Assembly (NCBI GenBank): GCA_046583315.1 | Contig: JAYGCN010000145.1 | Coordinates: forward strand, 1 to 10,512 | DNA: 10,512 bases | Reading direction: 5' to 3' | Source: Candidatus Hydrogenedentota bacterium | GTDB taxonomy: Bacteria; Hydrogenedentota; Hydrogenedentia; Hydrogenedentales; GCA-2746185 | Shown: positions 1-5,494 of the stretch, one piece after another | Layout of the letters: each line of letters begins with the position of its first letter | Numbering within the stretch: position 1 is the first letter of the stretch | Program-made: the position numbers and the translations under genes | The notes under the pieces: model-generated | Databases searched by the model: none | Told to the model about the DNA's origin: nothing | Seen by the model: the letters and a program-made list of their open reading frames with translations, nothing else

Positions 1-4
1 AATC

Positions 5-790
5 ATGAACACATCAAAAGTATTTCCTTGGCTCCGTGTAAGTTCTCTCGCACTCTGCGGCGCGCTCGTATTCGCCGGTTGCGGCGGCGACTCCGAAGAA
101 GCTCCGGCTGACGGCGGCGACGCTCCTGCGGCAACTGAAACCGCGTCAGCATCAGGAGACGGACTTGCAGGAAAAATCAGCTTCTCCGGCACACCTCCTG
201 AAGCCACCGTAATTGATACCGAAGGCGATGCAAAGTGTACCGCGATGCACGACGGCGAGCCGCTGTTGTCCGAAACCGTTGTGGTTTCCGCCGATGGTGC
301 TCTGGCCAACGTATTCCTTTACATCAAGAATCCTCCCGAAGGCGATTATCCCGCCCCGGCAGCACCGGTCGTGCTCGATCAGGTTGGATGTGCCTACGTG
401 CCTCACGTACTCGGCCTTCAAGCGGGTCAATCTCTGGAAATTCGCAACAGCGACGAAACCACCCACAACGTCCGCGGTATCGCACGTAAGAACAAAGCGA
501 TGAACTACGGTCAACCCGTCGGTTCACCGCCGCGTAAGAAAACCTTCAAGAAAGCCGAGATGAAAATTCGCATGAAATGCGACCTGCATCCCTGGATGAC
601 GGGTTACGTTTTTGCCATGGACCATCCCTACTTCGCAGTCTCCGATGCTGATGGTAATTTCTCCATCTCCGGATTGCCCGCCGGCGAATACGAAGTCGTT
701 GCCTGGCATGAGAAGCTCGATGAACAGACTGGGACGGTCACCATCGCGGATGACGGTTCGGGTTCGATCGACTTTACTTTCTCCAGCTAA
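5..790 (+). CDS. Lipoprotein with a cupredoxin-like (amicyanin-type) copper motif and a carboxypeptidase regulatory-like domain
   Basis: 261 aa ORF. Lipobox FAGC (Cys26) followed by an acidic/Ala-rich linker. His154 (THNV) plus C192-D-L-H195-P-W-M198 resemble amicyanin PHNV...CTPHPFM. The C-terminal segment SDADGNFSISGLPAGEYEVVAWHE is typical of CarboxypepD_reg-like beta-sandwiches. The RBS lies outside the window. Confidence 0.8.
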   Translation: MNTSKVFPWLRVSSLALCGALVFAGCGGDSEEAPADGGDAPAATETASASGDGLAGKISFSGTPPEATVIDTEGDAKCTAMHDGEPLLSETVVVSADGALANVFLYIKNPPEGDYPAPAAPVVLDQVGCAYVPHVLGLQAGQSLEIRNSDETTHNVRGIARKNKAMNYGQPVGSPPRKKTFKKAEMKIRMKCDLHPWMTGYVFAMDHPYFAVSDADGNFSISGLPAGEYEVVAWHEKLDEQTGTVTIADDGSGSIDFTFSS

Positions 791-811
791 ATTCAAGACC
801 TACCTTTGATT

Positions 812-855
812 CGGATACCTCAGGGTGCTAGCTTGAGGTATCCGTTTTCTTTTTT
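812..855 (+). terminator. Rho-independent terminator
   Basis: 13-bp stem CGGATACCTCAGG (812-824) / CTTGAGGTATCCG (832-844, one G-U), 7-nt loop, then TTTTCTTTTTT (845-855). It begins 21 nt after the TAA of the upstream gene. Confidence 0.9.
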
Positions 856-878
856 GGGAACGATACTAAGGAGAGCAC

Positions 879-2240
879 ATGAAGTTTGTTTGTTTGCATC
901 TGTTAGCGTACGTGATCGCGAGCTTCGGCGCAGTCGGTACCGCAGAAACTGCCGAGACCGAACAGGACATCGTGCGCCGGGTCATCTTCAAGCTGGAACC
1001 CAAAGCGAAACTGGGCGGTCGCCTTTACTACGATTCGCGCATGAGCAATGCCGGAGCCAATCTCGCCACCAGTTGCCGCTCCTGCCACGTACCTCCCTTC
1101 GTATCCAACGACAAACAAATGTTCGCAGATGTCCGTGATTTGTCCGTGATTCCGGCCAACTCCACGGGCGGTAAACTAACCACCAAACGCAATACCCCAA
1201 ACTTGCAGGATGCAACCATTCAGACCTCGTTCAACGCGGACGGACGCTATACGGATCTCGATGCCTTCCTGAAGGCGAAACTGACCTCGCTGCACTTTGG
1301 GTGGGAAGCAGGCTCGGAAGAGTACTCGCTCAATCAGATTCACGCCCTGTTATTCACCGATCAAGGCGAAGATGTTTTCGCGGACGGCACCTACATCGAG
1401 CAGTTCAACGCGGCCATGGGCGTGGATATCAATACCGTCAATCAGGAAGTCGCCATTCAGGCCGTGATCGACAGCCTGATTGCCTACCTGGAAACGTTGC
1501 AGACCACGAACACCTCGGCCTACGATGCGCTCGCCTTCCTGAATCGATTCAACGAGGGGCTTGCGGGTCAGGGCGACACGCCCCAGGCACTCTCCGGGCG
1601 CATCATCGGGCGCATCACCAACCAGGAAAGTCGCGTATCCATTCGTTTCCCGAATATCTATGACGAAGTCGCCTACCAGGGATACAAAACATTCATTCGG
1701 ATCGAAGCCACCTATTCCACCTCCTCCGCAGATGTGGAAGACAATATCGGAAACTGTATCGCCTGCCATGTGCCGCCCAAATTTACCGATGGACTATTTC
1801 ACAATTCCGGAACCGCGCAGACCGCTTACGATGCGGAGCATGGAGAGGGTGCGTTTGCTAAAATTGACGCGAGTTCGACAGAGGGTATCGATCTGGGACG
1901 CTATTCCATCGATGTCTCAGATGAAAATGTGGGCGTTTTCAAGACCCCCGGCCTGCGAAACGTGACCAAGACCTCACCGTATAATCACGACGGTTCCCAC
2001 GCGACCCTGGAAGACGTCATACGCCATAAAATCAAAATCAGCGAAATGGCCAAAGCGGGTACGCTTCGAAATCCTGACCCCGCGTACCTCACCATGAACC
2101 TGACCGAAGCCGATATCCCGAATCTCGTTGCCTTCCTGAAAACGCTGGACGAAGTGCCCGAAGAGGACTACCGGAATTTCCGAATCGAAAACGTGCGCAT
2201 TCGACAAGACCAGCTGGGACAACAGACCTACGATAATTGA
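879..2240 (+). CDS. Di-heme cytochrome c peroxidase / MauG-family protein (divergent)
   Basis: 453 aa with an N-terminal signal peptide and RBS AAGGAG upstream. Two heme-c motifs: CRSCH (C66-H70) and CIACH (C293-H297). Family motifs LGGRLYYDSRMS, RNTPNL, FTDGLFHNSG, FKTPGLRNVTKTSPYNHDGS and LVAFLKTL. Confidence 0.88.
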   Translation: MKFVCLHLLAYVIASFGAVGTAETAETEQDIVRRVIFKLEPKAKLGGRLYYDSRMSNAGANLATSCRSCHVPPFVSNDKQMFADVRDLSVIPANSTGGKLTTKRNTPNLQDATIQTSFNADGRYTDLDAFLKAKLTSLHFGWEAGSEEYSLNQIHALLFTDQGEDVFADGTYIEQFNAAMGVDINTVNQEVAIQAVIDSLIAYLETLQTTNTSAYDALAFLNRFNEGLAGQGDTPQALSGRIIGRITNQESRVSIRFPNIYDEVAYQGYKTFIRIEATYSTSSADVEDNIGNCIACHVPPKFTDGLFHNSGTAQTAYDAEHGEGAFAKIDASSTEGIDLGRYSIDVSDENVGVFKTPGLRNVTKTSPYNHDGSHATLEDVIRHKIKISEMAKAGTLRNPDPAYLTMNLTEADIPNLVAFLKTLDEVPEEDYRNFRIENVRIRQDQLGQQTYDN

Positions 2241-2286
2241 TGGACTAGTTCGTATTTCTTTTCTAAACGATGAAAGGGGTCGTTTG

Positions 2287-3153
2287 ATGAATAGACTATT
2301 TCTAATTCTCATGCTAATCGGCTATATTCCATCCGCATTGGGCTCCGACGAAATGTCCCTTTCCTGGCGTTCGGAAGACGTCGGCAATCCAGGCGTGCCT
2401 TGGCTTGTCGGGCGTCTTACAGTCCAACATCCCATGTTGCCCAGTGGCCAATTGGAAATGACCTACCCAGAAGCTTTTTGTCGCTCCGGAAGTACGAATC
2501 AAAGTTGGAAGGATACTGTAATTCAACAAAAAGCGAGAATTATTCACTCCAAGACTAGCGATATCGAACTACATCTCTTGAGCGAAGTGGGGGAACACAT
2601 CACTGTTGAACACGTTGTTCGGGTAGACAAAGATGGGCTCGATTTTGCAGTGAAGATTTCAAACGATGGTGAAAAAGCCATCGATTTGGAATGGGCACAA
2701 ACGGCATGTCTGCACGTGGGAAGCTTCACGGGCTTGACCCAATCCGATTACTTCAAGAAATGCTTCATTTTTACCGAAGACGGATTGACGCTGCTCCCAT
2801 CGACGTACCGTGAAACGAAAGGCTACTATACTCCCGAACAGGTTTACGTACCCAAGAGCATCAGCTCCGACGATGTGAATCCACGTCCGATCAGTCGTAC
2901 CCGCCCGACGAACGGATTAATCGGATGTTTTTCGGCGGACGATACCATGATTTTGGCGACTGCCTGGGAGCCGACACACGAGCTCTTCCAAGGTGTATTA
3001 ACCTGTATCCATAATGATCCACACATCGGGGGGATCGAACCCGGTGAGGTAAAACGAATTCGCGGGAAAGTATATATCATGAAAAACGATGCGGCCGCCC
3101 TGCTACGGAGATACAACAGCGACTTTCCATCAGACCCTTCCTTTCGCGATTGA
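2287..3153 (+). CDS. Secreted hypothetical protein (beta-rich, function unknown)
   Basis: Open frame of 288 aa from ATG 2287 (TTG 2284 is an in-frame alternative). SD-like AAGGGG at 2274-2279. Signal-peptide-like N-terminus MNRLFLILMLIGYIPSALG. Motif-like segments YPEAFCRSGST, DVNPRP, NGLIGCFSAD and ELFQGVLTCIHNDPHIGG. Confidence 0.8.
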   Translation: MNRLFLILMLIGYIPSALGSDEMSLSWRSEDVGNPGVPWLVGRLTVQHPMLPSGQLEMTYPEAFCRSGSTNQSWKDTVIQQKARIIHSKTSDIELHLLSEVGEHITVEHVVRVDKDGLDFAVKISNDGEKAIDLEWAQTACLHVGSFTGLTQSDYFKKCFIFTEDGLTLLPSTYRETKGYYTPEQVYVPKSISSDDVNPRPISRTRPTNGLIGCFSADDTMILATAWEPTHELFQGVLTCIHNDPHIGGIEPGEVKRIRGKVYIMKNDAAALLRRYNSDFPSDPSFRD

Positions 3154-3213
3154 ATGCTGCATGTAATTATACCATTGTAGATGAACGACTAAATAAACCG
3201 GAGGGGACTTATA

Positions 3214-3900
3214 GTGGACGACATGGTCAAAGGAAAACGAGTGTTGATTACGCAGGTTGATGCCTACATGGGAGAGCCGATAGCCGAGGCTTTCGAGGAA
3301 ATGGGCGCTGAAGTCATTCGCTCAACGTCGACGCTGTCCTCTCCAGAAGCGGCTGAAGAAACCGTGCTCGCCGCCGGAGAAATCGACGTGCTCATCGCGA
3401 ATTTCGCCGAGAGGGAATGGTGGAGCGCGTTGGTCCAGGATATCGATGACACCCAGTGGCTCACCTACTTCGACGAACTCGTTCATCCCTTGATGCGTAT
3501 CGTGCGTGCCGTGACCCCGCAGATGATCACGCGGGGGAAAGGCAAAATCGTGGCCGTGACATCCGCCGCTCCCTTACGCGGTATCCCCAAGGCAACCGGA
3601 TACTGCGCCGCGCGTGGTGCGCAGAACGCCTTCGTGCGCGCGGCAGGACTTGAATTGGCGCGAAACAACATTCAATTCAACGCCATCGCCCAGAATTATG
3701 TCGAGAACAAAACCTATTATCCGCCCGAATTGATCGCCAATGAAGAAATGATGAAACGTATGCTCAAGGTCGTACCCGCCGGAAGACTCGGTAAAGGCGA
3801 AGAAACCGCCTACTTCGCCGCGTTTCTGGCTTCAGCCTACTCCGATTTCTTCGTGGGACAAGTATTCCCTTTCTCTGGCGGCTGGGTAACCTCAACCTGA
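3214..3900 (+). CDS. Halohydrin dehalogenase (haloalcohol dehalogenase/epoxidase; SDR superfamily), resembling the HheE/HheD/HheB group
   Basis: 228 aa from GTG with RBS GGAGGGG (3200-3206). T13-x4-Y18-x-G20 (TQVDAYMG) replaces the SDR TGxxxGxG cofactor motif. Catalytic S117-x12-Y130-x3-R134 replaces the SDR YxxxK. Also NAIAQNYVENKTYYP and C-terminal FVGQVFPFSGGW. Confidence 0.88.
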   Translation: MDDMVKGKRVLITQVDAYMGEPIAEAFEEMGAEVIRSTSTLSSPEAAEETVLAAGEIDVLIANFAEREWWSALVQDIDDTQWLTYFDELVHPLMRIVRAVTPQMITRGKGKIVAVTSAAPLRGIPKATGYCAARGAQNAFVRAAGLELARNNIQFNAIAQNYVENKTYYPPELIANEEMMKRMLKVVPAGRLGKGEETAYFAAFLASAYSDFFVGQVFPFSGGWVTST

Positions 3901-3933
3901 GTTTGTTTTCGAAAGAAAATCATCGTCCCACGC

Positions 3934-3978
3934 GTCATAGAATGACTCTGTACTTCGTGCAGGGTCATTTCTACTGAC
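3934..3978 (+). other. Long imperfect inverted repeat / RNA hairpin in the intergenic region
   Basis: GTCATAGAATGACTCTGTAC (3934-3953), loop TTC, GTGCAGGGTCATTTCTACTGAC (3957-3978). About 20 bp with two G-U pairs and two single-nt bulges. No poly-U tail. Confidence 0.75.
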
Positions 3979-4027
3979 AGGGCAACACTCCTGGCAGCTA
4001 GTAGGGTAACAATCAGGAGATGACACG

Positions 4028-4408
4028 ATGGGCGATCTGAGCGAACACTTTTCACGGATAGAATTTGCCTGCCACGGCACCGATTGTTGCGGGGGCACCG
4101 CTGCGGTCGATGCAAGGCTGATCGAAGCCCTGGAGGCTTTCCGCGAGGCCGTCAATCAGCCCGTTCTCATCAACAGCGGCTTTCGCTGTCTGCGACACAA
4201 CCGAACCGTGGGCAGTAACGACTCCAGTCAGCACCCCAAGGGCCTCGCCGCCGATGTCAGTATGATCGCCGGTATAACCATCGACGAAATGGCCGCCGTT
4301 GCCGAGACGATTCAAGGCTTCCGTTACGGGGGAATCGGCACCTACGACTTCTTCCTCCATCTCGACGTACGCCCCGACGGCCCATCCAGATGGGATGATC
4401 GTCATTAA
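4028..4408 (+). CDS. Peptidase M15A family Zn metallopeptidase (D-Ala-D-Ala carboxypeptidase-like)
   Basis: 126 aa with RBS AGGAGA (4015-4020). Motifs HFSRIEFAC, INSGFRCLRHNRTVG, SQHPKGLAAD (H-x6-D zinc ligands) and GIGTYDFFLHLDVR (HxD). No signal peptide. Confidence 0.88.
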   Translation: MGDLSEHFSRIEFACHGTDCCGGTAAVDARLIEALEAFREAVNQPVLINSGFRCLRHNRTVGSNDSSQHPKGLAADVSMIAGITIDEMAAVAETIQGFRYGGIGTYDFFLHLDVRPDGPSRWDDRH

Positions 4409-4430
4409 GTTTTCGATCGACCTGAGATCA

Positions 4431-4439
4431 TGGTATAGT
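4431..4439 (+). promoter_or_regulatory. Putative extended -10 promoter for the 4473 gene
   Basis: TG-G-TATAGT (TGnTATAAT-like), 33 nt upstream of ATG 4473. No convincing -35. Strong RBS AGGAGG at 4460-4465. Confidence 0.5.
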
Positions 4440-4472
4440 GTTTCTTTTACATGACATTCAGGAGGAAACCCT

Positions 4473-5018
4473 ATGCGAATCGGAACATTATTCAGCGCAG
4501 TTGCGTTGATCGGATTTGGAATTGTTGCGCAGGCCGAAGACAAAGCGAAAACGGCCCACCTGGATGCGACCGGCGGAAACGTCGGCACCCATCAAATCGT
4601 TTTTGTATCCAACGCGAACGCCGAGTCAAGCACTATGGGCACCGCGCTGATTGTCTTGAAGAACGACGGCAAGCAGGAAGTCGCGTATGGTCTCTACATG
4701 GACGGCACGACGGACAAGGTTGGGCTTGTGATTGCCAAACTCGTCAAGAGTGTGAGCAAAGCCGATGATGCCAAAGCGACCGTCGTCACGGTCGAGGTCA
4801 CCCGCGAACACTACGACAAGGCCAAACACCTCATCAAAACCTACTCGGAAAAAAAGGAAACGCTCGATCCCCCGGCGGATGTTACTCTGAATTGTGCTTC
4901 AGAAGTGCTCAGTGGCTGCGGCATGAAACCGTCCTATCGTTCGGCCTTGCGTGCCCCGAATCCCGTTCAGTGGTTTCAGGACATCATCATGACCAATCGC
5001 AAGCTGGCTCTTGAGTAG
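4473..5018 (+). CDS. Secreted hypothetical protein
   Basis: 181 aa with RBS AGGAGG and Sec signal peptide MRIGTLFSAVALIGFGIVAQA|ED (AxA site). No confidently recognised domain. Confidence 0.8.
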   Translation: MRIGTLFSAVALIGFGIVAQAEDKAKTAHLDATGGNVGTHQIVFVSNANAESSTMGTALIVLKNDGKQEVAYGLYMDGTTDKVGLVIAKLVKSVSKADDAKATVVTVEVTREHYDKAKHLIKTYSEKKETLDPPADVTLNCASEVLSGCGMKPSYRSALRAPNPVQWFQDIIMTNRKLALE

Positions 5019-5020
5019 GT

Positions 5021-5380
5021 TTACTGCTCGTGTAAACCAACCCCTTGGGACTGAAGATACTCGTTCACGATGAATTCCAGATCGGAGTCGCTGAGTCCAT
5101 ATTCTTCCTGAAGCAACGCGCGTTTGACATCTTCTTTCTCCGAGACGACTTTCTCGTAGGCGATGGCATCCCCCTTCGAGCGAAAGGGATCGTGGATTTC
5201 CTTCGCCTCGCTTTTGGATTCCGAGCGAATCACCGTCAACCGCGCGCGAATCGCCATGCGCTCCTCAAAACTCAAGCGCGATACCGCTTCCGAAGGCCCC
5301 GAATCCTCAGAAGGCGGGGGAGGGCCACATGAACTCAGCATTAAAACGAAAAGCGTGGCATAAATCAGGCGTGCAATCAT
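5021..5380 (-). CDS. Small hypothetical lipoprotein
   Basis: 119 aa from ATG 5380. Lipoprotein signal MIARLIYATLFVLMLSSC (Cys18), then a Pro/Ser linker and a charged helical body. The ORF-track start at 5410 lies inside the predicted promoter, so 5380 is preferred. Confidence 0.78.
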   Translation of the reverse strand: MIARLIYATLFVLMLSSCGPPPPSEDSGPSEAVSRLSFEERMAIRARLTVIRSESKSEAKEIHDPFRSKGDAIAYEKVVSEKEDVKRALLQEEYGLSDSDLEFIVNEYLQSQGVGLHEQ

Positions 5381-5386
5381 GTTTCG

Positions 5387-5415
5387 AGTATAGTCATCAT
5401 CGTCCAACACGTCAA
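5387..5415 (-). promoter_or_regulatory. Sigma70-type promoter driving the minus-strand lipoprotein (leaderless architecture)
   Basis: The minus strand reads TTGACG (5415-5410), 17 nt, TATACT (5392-5387), CGAAAC, ATG (5380). Both hexamers match consensus at 5/6. Confidence 0.78.
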
Positions 5416-5494
5416 CGCGGATAAACTGTATTTCTCCGCCGGAATCGTCTAGGATTATTGGCTGATAATCGACTCCACCGAATCGGACACCCCA

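Noticed and set aside
2238..2273. UGA stop of the peroxidase (and likewise of the 2287-3153 gene) as a Sec read-through site
   Set aside because: Further stops follow within about 10 codons, there is no redox-motif context, and no convincing SECIS is present.
2264..2286. Hairpin TAAACGAT-GAAAGGG-GTCGTTTG around the RBS of the 2287 gene
   Set aside because: Short, AU/GU-rich stem with most of the SD in the loop and no U-tract. Too weak to call a terminator or a switch.
3898..3924. UGA stop of the HHDH followed by a GAAA-loop hairpin, as a possible Sec codon plus SECIS
   Set aside because: The protein already ends at the family-typical GGW-x C-terminus. The loop is only 10 nt from the UGA, the stem is weak and AU-rich, and read-through would add just 14 residues before another UGA.
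4381..4394. Palindrome CCCATC-CA-GATGGG near the end of the M15A gene
   Set aside because: It lies within coding sequence, has a 2-nt loop and occurs once; consistent with chance.
5411..5494. Search for tRNA-Sec (selC) upstream of selA, and also at 8791-8890 and 3901-4027
   Set aside because: No cloverleaf, no UCA anticodon arm and no GTTCGA/GTTCAA T-loop in a tRNA context.
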